DNA from: Gammaproteobacteria bacterium
Lineage (GTDB): Bacteria; Pseudomonadota; Gammaproteobacteria; Eutrophobiales; Eutrophobiaceae
Assembly: GCA_965215365.1 (NCBI GenBank)
Contig: CBDCDS010000003.1
Span: forward strand, 632,383 to 696,382
Direction: 5' to 3'
Length of the DNA stretch: 64,000 nucleotides
In this document: positions 55,044 through 64,000 of the stretch, one piece after another
How the letters are laid out: each line of letters opens with the position of its first letter
Numbering within the stretch: the stretch's first letter is position 1
Notes under the pieces: generated by a model
The model's input: only the letters and a program-made list of their open reading frames with translations
The model's database searches: none
What the model was told of the DNA's origin: nothing
Made by a program: the position numbers and the translations under genes

Positions 55044-55413
55044 TGACAATACCCGGTTACGGCACATGCTGGACGCAGGATGTGAAGCTATTGAAATGAG
55101 TAAGGGTAAAAGTCGAAATGATTTGGCCAATGATCGTAAGCTGTCCTTAGCATTGGTGAAGCTTTTGGAGACTGTTGGAGAGGCTGCGTATAAGGTGTCA
55201 CAGGAAAAAAGACTTGAACTTGATCAAATTGAGTTTGAAAAGATCATCAAAATGCGTCATCGGCTTGTCCACGACTATTTCGACATTAACTACGGCGTTA
55301 TCTGGAATACGATACAAAATAGCCTGCCTGAATTGGTGAGGCAACTTCAAGAGCTGCCCGAATGCAGCAATGATATGGTGCCTGCCTCATCGATGCCTTT
55401 AGATAAATGGTAG
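55030..55413 (+). CDS. HEPN-domain protein (HepT-like toxin)
   Basis: RHRLVHDY (the Rx4-6H HEPN motif). Overlaps the MNT gene by 14 bp. Confidence 0.7.
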   Translation: MSIIDDNTRLRHMLDAGCEAIEMSKGKSRNDLANDRKLSLALVKLLETVGEAAYKVSQEKRLELDQIEFEKIIKMRHRLVHDYFDINYGVIWNTIQNSLPELVRQLQELPECSNDMVPASSMPLDKW

Positions 55414-55454
55414 TGGAGACACCTGTGAGTCCTGGTTGCGCTCCCCGGTCATAC

Positions 55455-55612
55455 CGACTATCAGGTGGCATTGCGGGAAATAGAAACCCTGATGACGGCC
55501 CGGCCGGATTCGCCCGAGGGTGGAAAACTGGATGTGTTGACGACACTGGTCGAAGCATACGAGCGCAGGCATTATCCTCTGGAGCTACCCGATAATGAAC
55601 TGCCGCGCTAGC
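55455..55612 (+). pseudogene. HigA-like antitoxin N-terminal fragment (about 90% nt identity to 56494-56640)
   Basis: Encodes ...[46 protein letters not shown] then an immediate stop. The HTH domain is missing. Confidence 0.7.
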
Positions 55613-55793
55613 GCTGTTCGCAGTCCAGCAGATAATCATCTACCGCTTCCTTGAAGGCCTGTTCAAGTTGTTCTACGTTTTGACCTTCATAGCTGACCAG
55701 CGGTTCAATAAATTCCAACTTCCCGAAAAGACAATTATCCTCTATGCTGGCTTGTACGGAACCGTAAAAGCCCTTGTAACTGAATAAACTCAT
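55608..55793 (-). pseudogene. truncated hicB (first 60 codons only, identical to 57611-57790)
   Basis: Identical N-terminus to the full hicB. It diverges and stops at the junction with the higA fragment. Confidence 0.7.
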
Positions 55794-56014
55794 GGGAACC
55801 TCTAAAAATACCCTCCGTGGTATTTTTGCTGTGTAAATTTTGAAGATTTACATACTGGCGGGGTGTGCAGCGCTCTGATCATGAGGGTTTAGAGACGGAA
55901 ACGAAAAAGTATGATTTTTCGTTTCCTTCATTTTCAAGCACTTACGTGCTTGCTGTTACTGGCAGCACATCCCTGTGCTGCACGGGCGCCTCGTGTTTGT
56001 GAGAGGCACCCTCA
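55794..56014. repeat. full-length composite REP-like element (about 220 bp) made of several hairpin modules
   Basis: Contains all hairpin modules seen individually elsewhere (26034, 37969-38118, 25320, 45211). Confidence 0.75.
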
Positions 56015-56145
56015 TAACATTTTCGCTCGAATAAGATGGTCTGAATTATGATGTGGCACAACCTTATTTGCAACTACAAATGAGTTACTGTTGTAATTTC
56101 CGGTATCGCTGGTTAGAATAGTCCCGATTTAGGACATATTGGATT

Positions 56146-56448
56146 ATGAGAATTATTGCGCTCTCCACACTAAAGCAGTTCTGGGAGCGGAATGTTGCAT
56201 ACATGGATGCTGCGGAGCCGGTCCGGGTCTGGTATCGGCGCGTGTTACGGGCTGATTGGGCGTCTCCTTCTGACGTCAAACGGGATTTTGGCAATGCCAG
56301 CATCCTGAAGGATGGACGGGTGGTGTTTAACATAGCAGGCAACAAGTATCGATTGGTGGTATGGATCAATTACGCCTACCGTGTGGTTTACATAAGGTTT
56401 ATCGGTACCCATAACCAATATAACCAAATCGATGCACAGGCGATTTAA
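56146..56448 (+). CDS. higB: HigB-family toxin (RelE/ParE superfamily)
   Basis: 100 aa with VVFNIAGNKYRLVVWINYAYRVVYIRFIGTH. Directly upstream of an XRE-type HigA. Confidence 0.75.
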   Translation: MRIIALSTLKQFWERNVAYMDAAEPVRVWYRRVLRADWASPSDVKRDFGNASILKDGRVVFNIAGNKYRLVVWINYAYRVVYIRFIGTHNQYNQIDAQAI

Positions 56449-56451
56449 TCC

Positions 56452-56838
56452 TTGGAAAAACAGTTGATGGATGTCAAACCTATCAGAACAGATACCGACT
56501 ACCAGGCGGCACTGCGGGAAATAGAAACCCTGATGACGGCCCGGCTGGATTCGCCCGAGGGTGAAAAACTGGATGTGTTGACGACACTGGTTGAAGCGTA
56601 TGAACGCAAGCATTATCCTTTGGAGATGCCCGATGCGATAGCGGCTATCAGATTTGAAATGGAACAACAGGGATTGAAGGCAAAAGACTTGGAACCGATG
56701 ATTGGGAAGCGAAACCGCGTTTATGAAGTGTTGAACGGGAAACGTTCCCTCACGCTGAAAATGATCTGGCGTCTGCATGAGCAGTTGGGCATCCCCGCCG
56801 AATCGTTGATTAAGCAGCCTTCCCGGCCTGGTAATTAA
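56452..56838 (+). CDS. higA: HigA-family antitoxin (XRE helix-turn-helix)
   Basis: 128 aa with a C-terminal HTH (KDLEPMIGKRNRVYEVLNGKRSLTLKMIWRLHEQLGI). Confidence 0.75.
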   Translation: MEKQLMDVKPIRTDTDYQAALREIETLMTARLDSPEGEKLDVLTTLVEAYERKHYPLEMPDAIAAIRFEMEQQGLKAKDLEPMIGKRNRVYEVLNGKRSLTLKMIWRLHEQLGIPAESLIKQPSRPGN

Positions 56839-56872
56839 AGGCCACCTCTAAAAAATTAGAGGTGGCCGTGCA

Positions 56873-57434
56873 GCAGTACCCTCAGCGTCAACCCCGATAA
56901 AATTGCCCAGGCACAACGCTGGGACGGCCGGCACGGCGTCATCACCAACCTGCCGACATCCACCGACACGACCGCCATCTTAAGCCAGTACCGCGGCCTG
57001 TGGCAGGTCGAAGACACCTTCCGGGTAAGTAAACACGACCTCAAGGTCAGACCCATCTACCACTGGACCCCCCGACGCATCGAAGCGCACATCGCCATCG
57101 CCTTTATGTCCCTGCTCTGTGTCCGACACCTGCAATACCGCATGACCCTGCAAGCCAAGCCCGCATCCCCCGAAGTCATCCGCAACGCGCTGGCCCACGT
57201 GCAGCACAGTGTCCTGACACATCAACAGACACACCGCCGCTACGTGATTCCCTCCGCCATCAGTGAAACCGCCCGGCGCCTCTACAAAATCATGGGGTTA
57301 AGTCACTCCACTACCCCCTACGAGCTCAAATAGCCGGTCGCTGAGAACGCCGAAACAAGGCAATTGTAGTGCCTACGGGTCAACGCGCCTTCAATAAAAT
57401 CAATCAGTTAGTGAAATAAACCGTCGAAGTCGGG
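56873..57434 (+). mobile_element. truncated copy (3' 562 bp including the right IR) of the IS1634-like element
   Basis: About 97% identical to 4538-5098. The 5' truncation point abuts a REP hairpin at 56838-56870. Confidence 0.8.
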
Positions 57435-57454
57435 AGAATGATCCGGCCAACGCG

Positions 57455-57790
57455 CTAGCGCTGTTCTACGGCTCGTTCAATGGACAGCTTGACGAATTCG
57501 TTCAGGTTGAGATTGTTTTCTTTTGCGGTGATGAGCGCATGCCTGTGCAATTCCGGGCTGATACGCACATTAAATGAGCCTCTGCATGGCTTGGCAGGCT
57601 CCCTGCCAAGCTGTTCACAGTCCAGCAGATAATCATCTACCGCTTCCTTGAAGGCCTGTTCAAGTTGTTCTACGTTTTGACCTTCATAGCTGACCAACGG
57701 TTCAATAAATTCCAACTTCCCGAAAAGACAATTATCCTCTATGCTGGCTTGTACGGAACCGTAAAAGCCCTTGTAACTGAATAAACTCAT
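57455..57790 (-). CDS. hicB: HicB-family antitoxin with a C-terminal ribbon-helix-helix
   Basis: 111 aa. N-terminus MSLFSYKGFYGSVQASIEDNCLFGKLEFI is HicB-like. The C-terminus is CopG/RHH-like. Confidence 0.75.
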   Translation of the reverse strand: MSLFSYKGFYGSVQASIEDNCLFGKLEFIEPLVSYEGQNVEQLEQAFKEAVDDYLLDCEQLGREPAKPCRGSFNVRISPELHRHALITAKENNLNLNEFVKLSIERAVEQR

Positions 57791-58035
57791 AACATTTTCG
57801 CTCGAGTCAGTTTGTTTACGACCAATTTGATTGCATATCGTTTCAGCTCGTTGTCAGGGTGCGGGCGATGCAAGTTGATTGTATCGTCCGGGTTGCCATT
57901 ATCGAATTTCACCCTTGAGCCGTCCCCCTTAATCTCCTTGTAGTCCAGTGCTTTCAATAACGTTACCAGTTCATTCCAGGTAACAGCCTGCCTGCCATGC
58001 AGCAATTTAGCTTTCAATTTATCACGCTTTCCCAT
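57787..58035 (-). CDS. hicA: HicA-family mRNA interferase toxin (start at MGKRDK; ORF track extends it to 58071)
   Basis: LLKALDYKEIKGDGSRVKF...NLHRPHP are HicA/YcfA motifs. 4-bp overlap with hicB. Confidence 0.7.
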   Translation of the reverse strand: MGKRDKLKAKLLHGRQAVTWNELVTLLKALDYKEIKGDGSRVKFDNGNPDDTINLHRPHPDNELKRYAIKLVVNKLTRAKML

Positions 58036-58148
58036 GGCCTGAATTATGATGTAGCAAAGCCTTATTTGCAACTATAAATCAGTTACAAGACCCAGTAAGC
58101 CTCGGGAAATAATCGAGCGGAGGATCGGGTCAGAACCGAGCCAACCGG

Positions 58149-59738
58149 TTAAAACGGGCTGTCTATCCCCAGTTCCCGGCAGTATCCTGCGATAGTACCA
58201 TCTGTTGCCTGCATAGCTTGCTCCAGGGTTTTCAGTTGTTTGGACACGGCGGTGATATCAACCGGCTCCTCTTCCTCAAAAGTATCCACGTAGCGTGGAA
58301 TGTTCAGGTTGAAGTCGTTCTCCCTGACCTGGCCTAAAGTGGCGACACTGGCATACTTGTCGATGGCTTCACGGTTTTTGTAAGACTCAATGATCCGGTC
58401 CACATGCGCATCGGTCAGCACATTCTGGTTGCCCGCCTTGTCATAATGCTGTGAGGCGTCGATAAAGAGGATATGGTCATCCTGTTTGCGGCATTTTTTC
58501 AGTACCAGGATACAGGTTGGGATACCGGTGCCATAAAACAAATTGGCCGGCAGGCCGATGACAGCATCGAGATAGTTCAGTTGTTCAATGATATAGCGCC
58601 GGATTGTGCCTTCCGCCGCGCCTCGGAACAGTACGCCGTGTGGCAGCACCACGGCCATGGCGCCGTGCTCTGCAAGCTGGTAAATCATGTGCTGCACAAA
58701 GGCGAAATCAGCTTTGCCTTGCGGCGCCAGTTTACCGTATTGGCTGAAACGTTCATCGTGCGCGTGCAGCGGATTGCTGTCGCCTCGCCACTTGGCGGAA
58801 AACGGTGGGTTGGCAACCACCGCCTCAAAGCGCATATCCTGGTGCTGAGGTTTGTCCAGGGTATCCTCCTGACGGATGTCAAACCGGTCAAAATGCACGC
58901 CATGGAGGATCATGTTCATGCGCGCCAGGTTGTAGGTGGTGCGGTTGAGTTCCTGTCCGTACAGCTCAATCAGGACCTCATCACCCGCCCGGGCTTGTGC
59001 TCTGGCCTCCTTTTCGATGCGCAGCAGCAGTGAGCCGGAACCACAAGTGGGGTCATAGGCATTGCGGATGCGCTCCCGGCCTGAGGTGACGAGCCTGGCA
59101 AGTATCTTCGACACCTGTTGCGGCGTATAGAATTCCCCGGCCTTCTTGCCGGCGCCGGATGCAAACTGACCGATCAGGTATTCATAGGCGTCGCCCAGAA
59201 TGTCTGCATTGGCTTGCTCAGGGCCGAAATCGATACGGTTCAGATTCGCCATGATGTTAACGACCAGTTTATTGCGGTCATCGACCTCCCGACCCAGCTT
59301 GCTGCTGTCTAGGTTCAGGTCTTCAAACAGGTTGTTGAAATCGTCGGCGCTGCCCGTTTGACTGGCGGAGGCCTCGATGTTTTTGAAGATCGCTTTCAGA
59401 TCGCCGATGATATGGGTGTCCCGTTCCTCAGCGGCCCCCTGGCCTTTCGCTATGACTGCGGAAAATGTCTCATCAGGTGCCAGAAAATAGCCCAGCCGTT
59501 GCAGCGATTCATCCTTGATGGCCGCAATATCCTCGGCATCTGTGACCTGGTAATAATCCTTTACCTCCTCGGTTTCCAGCAGTTCATTGGCTAACGCATA
59601 TTGCCTTTCCGACAGATATTTGTAGAAAATGAACCCGAGGATGTAATCCTTGAACTCATCTGCATCCATCTTGCCGCGCAGGTCATTGGCGATATTCCAG
59701 AGTTGTCTTTCCAGCGCTTGCTTCTGTGCTGCTGTCAT
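58149..59738 (-). CDS. hsdM: type I restriction-modification methyltransferase subunit
   Basis: 529 aa with NPPF motif IV and N6-adenine MTase motif I. HsdM N-terminal domain. Confidence 0.9.
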   Translation of the reverse strand: MTAAQKQALERQLWNIANDLRGKMDADEFKDYILGFIFYKYLSERQYALANELLETEEVKDYYQVTDAEDIAAIKDESLQRLGYFLAPDETFSAVIAKGQGAAEERDTHIIGDLKAIFKNIEASASQTGSADDFNNLFEDLNLDSSKLGREVDDRNKLVVNIMANLNRIDFGPEQANADILGDAYEYLIGQFASGAGKKAGEFYTPQQVSKILARLVTSGRERIRNAYDPTCGSGSLLLRIEKEARAQARAGDEVLIELYGQELNRTTYNLARMNMILHGVHFDRFDIRQEDTLDKPQHQDMRFEAVVANPPFSAKWRGDSNPLHAHDERFSQYGKLAPQGKADFAFVQHMIYQLAEHGAMAVVLPHGVLFRGAAEGTIRRYIIEQLNYLDAVIGLPANLFYGTGIPTCILVLKKCRKQDDHILFIDASQHYDKAGNQNVLTDAHVDRIIESYKNREAIDKYASVATLGQVRENDFNLNIPRYVDTFEEEEPVDITAVSKQLKTLEQAMQATDGTIAGYCRELGIDSPF

Positions 59739-59863
59739 GGTGGTAATGTCGTTGGTTTTAAGCTGTAAAGGAAGTCGTGAAAGGGGTTGGAAACAGGGAT
59801 GCCGACATCACTTTTTGTGGCGGCATAGTCAGGTTGTCTCGCAATCTGGCTGTCAAGAAGGCA

Positions 59864-60166
59864 TCAGGCAGCTTGCCGCCTTGGTTTCACTTGCTTGACA
59901 ATATCCTTGCCCGATTTGAGTTCGACTACCCGCAGTTCGTAGGTTTTCTGTAAGTTCAGCCAAACTTGCGGGGTTGTATTAAAATAGCGGGCGAGCCGCA
60001 GCGCCGTGTCGGCAGTAATGCCCCGCCGGCCTCTCAAAATATCCGAGATACGGTTTTGCGGCACGCCCAACTCACGAGCAACCGCCTTGGCTGACATGCC
60101 CAACTCCGCTAATTCTTCACACAAAATCTCACCAGGGTGCACCGCTTGCATACCATTATTTGTCAT
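59864..60166 (-). CDS. higA: HigA-family antitoxin (XRE HTH)
   Basis: 100 aa with the [26 protein letters not shown]. Downstream of higB. Confidence 0.8.
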   Translation of the reverse strand: MTNNGMQAVHPGEILCEELAELGMSAKAVARELGVPQNRISDILRGRRGITADTALRLARYFNTTPQVWLNLQKTYELRVVELKSGKDIVKQVKPRRQAA

Positions 60167-60179
60167 ATCTTCACACTCG

Positions 60180-60458
60180 TCAGTGATAATCTACTATTTC
60201 AACATCGTAGGGACCATCGTCTTCCCAACGAAAACAAATTCGCCAGCGTCGGTTGATGCGGATACTGTACTGTCCAGCCCGGTTGCCGGATAACGATTCC
60301 AGCCGATTACTTCGCAGGCCCGCTAAATCCCGCAATGATTCCGCGTTGTCCAAAAATGTCAACCGCCGCGTTGCCTGAGCAGCAAACCCCTGAAAAGTGT
60401 TCGTTCGCTGACCACTGAAAAACCGTTCCGTTTTTGAATCCTTGAAACTACGAATCAT
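60180..60458 (-). CDS. higB: HigB-family toxin ('plasmid maintenance system killer', RelE/ParE fold)
   Basis: 92 aa with YSIRINRRWRICFRWEDDGPYDVEIVDYH, the conserved C-terminal signature. Confidence 0.8.
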   Translation of the reverse strand: MIRSFKDSKTERFFSGQRTNTFQGFAAQATRRLTFLDNAESLRDLAGLRSNRLESLSGNRAGQYSIRINRRWRICFRWEDDGPYDVEIVDYH

Positions 60459-60469
60459 AGGCTGGAATT

Positions 60470-62494
60470 ATGACAGACAATACGGGATATGTATATGCTA
60501 TTATCAACATACAAGCAGTTTACGCATTATCCTCTGGAGCTACCCGATGCGGTAAAGGTGCATCGCAGCGTCGCCCCTTCTTTGCTACAATTCCAGCCCT
60601 GATGATATCAAGCGACCAGAAATATGATGTAATTGTTGTCGGTGGCGGCCATGCCGGGACTGAGGCGGCGCTGGCCGCGGCGCGCATGGGCGCCAGTACT
60701 CTGTTGTTGACTCACAGTATCGATACCCTGGGGCAGATGTCGTGCAACCCGGCCATCGGCGGCATCGGCAAGGGGCACCTGGTGAAGGAGCTCGATGCCC
60801 TGGGCGGGGTCATGGCCGGGGCTGCGGATCGCAGCGGGATACAGTTTCGCACTCTCAACGCGCGCAAGGGGCCGGCGGTGCGCGCCACCCGGGCGCAGAT
60901 TGACCGCAGCCTGTACAAAGGGGTCATCCGCCCGCTGCTGGAGGGCGCAGATAACCTGCACCTGTTCCAGCAACCCGTGGACGACCTGGTGCTTGCGGGC
61001 GAGCGCGTCACCGGCGTGGTAACCCAGGCCGGGTTGCGCTTCTGCGCTCCTTGCGTGGTGTTGACCGTAGGCACCTTCCTGGCCGGGCAGATTCACATGG
61101 GCGAGTCCGGCTACCAGGGCGGACGCGCCGGCGAGCCGCCGGCAAACACCCTGGCGCAACGTCTGCGCGACCTGCCGTTGCGCACTGGGCGGCTGAAGAC
61201 CGGCACCCCGCCGCGCATCGACGGGCGCAGCATTGACTACAGCCGTCTCACCGAACAGCCGGGCGATGAGCCGCTACCGGTGTTCTCATTCATGGGCACG
61301 GCGGCGCAACACCCGCGTCAGGTTTCCTGCCACATCACCCATACCAACGAGCGCACCCACGACATCATTCGCGCCGGCCTGGACCGCTCGCCCATGTACA
61401 GCGGCAGGATTGACAGCGTCGGGCCGCGCTATTGCCCGTCGGTGGAAGACAAGGTCGTGCGCTTTGCCGACCGTACTTCCCACCAGATCTTTATCGAACC
61501 GGAGGGATTGACCACGACGGAAGTGTATCCGAACGGTATTTCCACCAGCCTGCCCTACGATGTGCAACATGAGCTGGTGCGCTCGATCAAAGGCTTTGAG
61601 CAGGCCCGCATTACCCGCCCCGGGTATGCCATTGAGTACGATTATTTCGACCCGCGCGACCTGCACCCGTGGCTGGAGACCAAGGCCGTCGCCGGGCTGT
61701 TTTTTGCAGGGCAGATCAACGGCACCACCGGCTACGAGGAGGCAGCCTGTCAGGGACTGGTGGCCGGCATCAACGCGGCGCTACGGAGCCAACAGCGCGA
61801 CCCTTGGAGCCCGCGCCGTGATCAAGCCTACATCGGCGTACTCATCGACGATTTGACCACCCGCGGCGTCACCGAGCCTTACCGCATGTTCACCAGCCGG
61901 GCGGAATACCGCCTGTTGCTGCGGGAAGATAACGCCGACCTGCGCCTGACTGAAACCGGTCGTGAACTGGGCCTGGTGGATGATGCGCGTTGGCGCAGTT
62001 TCGAGGCCAAGCGCGCGGCTATTGATACGGAACAACAGCGCCTCGCTGCCACTCGTCTGGCTGCGGATACCCTGCCCGCAGACATTACCGCAGACACCCT
62101 CGGACAACCCTTGCGCAAGGACGTCAGCCTGTTGCAACTGTTACGCCGTCCCGGTATCGGCTATGCCGAGCTGGCCCGCCTGCCCGGGTTTGAGCCCGCC
62201 GACATAACGCCGCAAGTAGCCGCACAGGTGGAAGTGCAGGCCAAGTACCACGGCTATATCGAGCGCCAGCAGCAGGAGATTGCCCGCAACCGCCGCGACG
62301 AACAGGCGCGCCTGCCCGAGCACATCGACTATCTTGGAGTCACCGGCCTGTCCAACGAAGTGGCGCAGACACTCTCGACACAACGGCCCGATACCCTGGG
62401 CCAGGCCTCCCGCATCCCCGGCGTAACCCCCGCGGCCGTGTCCCTGTTGCGGGTGTACCTGAAGAAGCGCTCCCTGTTGAAGCAGGCTTGCTGA
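60470..62494 (+). CDS. mnmG: tRNA uridine-5-carboxymethylaminomethyl modification enzyme MnmG (GidA); true start about 60602 ([19 protein letters not shown])
   Basis: FAD-binding [10 protein letters not shown] with high overall MnmG identity. The 5' extension of the ORF contains a higA-like fragment and is not part of the gene. Confidence 0.9.
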   Translation: MTDNTGYVYAIINIQAVYALSSGATRCGKGASQRRPFFATIPALMISSDQKYDVIVVGGGHAGTEAALAAARMGASTLLLTHSIDTLGQMSCNPAIGGIGKGHLVKELDALGGVMAGAADRSGIQFRTLNARKGPAVRATRAQIDRSLYKGVIRPLLEGADNLHLFQQPVDDLVLAGERVTGVVTQAGLRFCAPCVVLTVGTFLAGQIHMGESGYQGGRAGEPPANTLAQRLRDLPLRTGRLKTGTPPRIDGRSIDYSRLTEQPGDEPLPVFSFMGTAAQHPRQVSCHITHTNERTHDIIRAGLDRSPMYSGRIDSVGPRYCPSVEDKVVRFADRTSHQIFIEPEGLTTTEVYPNGISTSLPYDVQHELVRSIKGFEQARITRPGYAIEYDYFDPRDLHPWLETKAVAGLFFAGQINGTTGYEEAACQGLVAGINAALRSQQRDPWSPRRDQAYIGVLIDDLTTRGVTEPYRMFTSRAEYRLLLREDNADLRLTETGRELGLVDDARWRSFEAKRAAIDTEQQRLAATRLAADTLPADITADTLGQPLRKDVSLLQLLRRPGIGYAELARLPGFEPADITPQVAAQVEVQAKYHGYIERQQQEIARNRRDEQARLPEHIDYLGVTGLSNEVAQTLSTQRPDTLGQASRIPGVTPAAVSLLRVYLKKRSLLKQAC

Positions 62495-62613
62495 GGTCGG
62501 GCAGCGGCTGCCAAGCCCCCGTAGTAGCCGCAGGGAACCATCTGAAAGTGCCCGCAGTGGCATTTTCAGGAGTGGCCTGTACCTCTTTCCGCCCAGTCCT
62601 GACTTGTTGAATA

Positions 62614-62751
62614 CGTTGTATTGCTATCGCTGAACTCGTTACAATTCTATCGCTGTATGCGTTACAATTCTATCGCTGAACTCGTTGCATTTCTATCGCT
62701 ATGTGCGTTACAATTCTATCGCTGTATGCGTTACAATTCTATCGCTGATTA
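62614..62751. repeat. 23-bp direct tandem repeat x6 (consensus CGTTACAATTCTATCGCTGNANN)
   Basis: Six consecutive 23-bp units read directly from the sequence between mnmG and the downstream ATPase gene. Confidence 0.8.
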
Positions 62752-62778
62752 TTGGCATAGAGATATTTTACCAGTTAT

Positions 62779-64000
62779 ATGACTTATCATCCCCGCATTG
62801 TCGATGCCGAGCTGGAGCAGCAACTTGCTGCCGCGGGAGGGGTCGTTATTGAAGGCCCTAAAGCCTGCGGAAAAACGGCTACCGCCAGACAGAGCGCTGC
62901 CAGTGAAGTACTGCTGGATGTAGATAAAGAGGCCCGACGCACAATTGCAATCGATGCTGCTTTGGTTCTGGATGGCGCAACACCGCGCTTGATTGATGAG
63001 TGGCAACTCGAACCCGACATCTGGAACCATATCCGCAGAGCCGTGGATGCGCGCGTACATTCCGGCCAGTTCATCCTTACGGGCTCGGCGGTGCCGGCGG
63101 ATGATGTTACCCGACACACGGGAGCGGGGCGTCTGGCGCGCCTGCAGATGCGGCCGATGTCCCTGTTTGAGGCCGGATACTCATCCGGCGCGCTGTCACT
63201 GGCGGCCCTGCTTGACGGCGCGCCGCCGCGCAGTCCAAGGGCCGAATTGCCCGTCAGGAAGGTGGCTGAACTGGTGTCGATCGGAGGCTGGCCGAGCCAC
63301 CTGGGTCGTTCTCCAAAGTCCGCGCAACAGGCCAACCGGCATTACCTCGCCGAGATTTGCCGAAGTGACATCGAACGAGTGGATGGCATACGGCGGGATC
63401 CGGTGAGGGTCGGTCGCTTGCTGCAGTCCCTGGCACGCAACGTGGCGACCCAGGCAACAGTATCAACCTTAGCCAGGGATGTGGGTGGCGCCGACAACAT
63501 TTTGCGAGAGAACACAGCACATGAATACCTGGCGGCCCTTGGACGGCTGATGATCGTCGAGGACCAACCGGCATGGGCGCCTCACTTGCGTTCAAAGTCG
63601 AAGTTACGGGGCACGCCCAAGCGGCATTTCGTCGACCCCTCCCTGGCAGTGGCGGCCCTGCGCACGCGCCCCGAGCGATTATTAAAAGATCTCAACCTGC
63701 TCGGCTTGCTGTTCGAATCCATGGTGATCCGCGATTTGCGCATTTACGCCCAGGCCGCCGAGGCTGAAGTGCTGCAATACCGTGACAATACCGGATTGGA
63801 AGTGGATGCCATCATCCAGGCCGGAGACGGGCGCTGGGCGGCCTTTGAAGTCAAGCTGGGAGCGGCTCGTGTCGATGAGGGCGCTGCCAACCTGCTGAAG
63901 TTCGCCGAACGGGTGGATCTGAATCGGTGCGGCAAACCGTCAACGCTTGGCGTGATCGTATCGGACGGCTATGGATATGTGCGCGCAGACGGCATAAGCG
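62779..64000 (+). CDS. AAA ATPase with DUF4143-type C-terminal domain, 3'-partial (runs off the window end; not in the ORF track because no stop is reached)
   Basis: Hand translation from ATG 62779 gives about 407 codons with no stop. Walker A is GPKACGKT. Confidence 0.6.
   Translation, partial: MTYHPRIVDAELEQQLAAAGGVVIEGPKACGKTATARQSAASEVLLDVDKEARRTIAIDAALVLDGATPRLIDEWQLEPDIWNHIRRAVDARVHSGQFILTGSAVPADDVTRHTGAGRLARLQMRPMSLFEAGYSSGALSLAALLDGAPPRSPRAELPVRKVAELVSIGGWPSHLGRSPKSAQQANRHYLAEICRSDIERVDGIRRDPVRVGRLLQSLARNVATQATVSTLARDVGGADNILRENTAHEYLAALGRLMIVEDQPAWAPHLRSKSKLRGTPKRHFVDPSLAVAALRTRPERLLKDLNLLGLLFESMVIRDLRIYAQAAEAEVLQYRDNTGLEVDAIIQAGDGRWAAFEVKLGAARVDEGAANLLKFAERVDLNRCGKPSTLGVIVSDGYGYVRADGIS

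Overview
This window is a high-GC (about 60-65%) gammaproteobacterial chromosomal segment in which core housekeeping blocks are interleaved with mobile and defence DNA. The housekeeping blocks are hyuB-like/mtfA; rsfS-nadD-proA-holA-lptE-leuS-comEA; dnaN-recF; bamC-dapA / gcvR-bcp; a Sco-like gene with ctaA-cyoE; rpoH; rpmE; engB / cytochrome c4-ccsB-ccsA-dsbA; pfp; bepA; gyrB; comF / bioBFCD; and mnmG. The mobile and defence content is: (1) an IS1634-like element (3206-5098) flanked by perfect 305-bp direct repeats that duplicate the 3' end of rsfS, plus a 562-bp partial copy at 56.9 kb; (2) an IS66-family element (18464-20742) with an 8-bp TSD whose cargo is a Dam-like D12 methyltransferase in place of tnpA/tnpB; (3) an IS5-like transposase and IS3/IS481 and IS630 transposase fragments; (4) a degraded siphovirus/GTA-type tail module that still has the conserved G/GT frameshift arrangement; (5) a low-GC type II R-M pair with an Endo VII/HNH-type nuclease; and (6) a type I R-M operon (hsdM ... 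hsdS-hsdR) split by a roughly 3.7 kb insert packed with MNT/HEPN, higBA and hicAB modules and their recombined fragments, with another higBA next to hsdM. Two intergenic repeat families recur across the window: a 239-bp MITE-like element with 19-bp terminal inverted repeats that occurs in head-to-tail arrays separated by TTAA, and a composite REP-like hairpin family. Origin-associated genes (dnaN-recF, gyrB, mnmG) are dispersed and dnaA is absent. A tight cluster of DnaA boxes sits in an AT-rich convergent intergenic region downstream of rpmE, and a 23-bp x6 tandem repeat follows mnmG.
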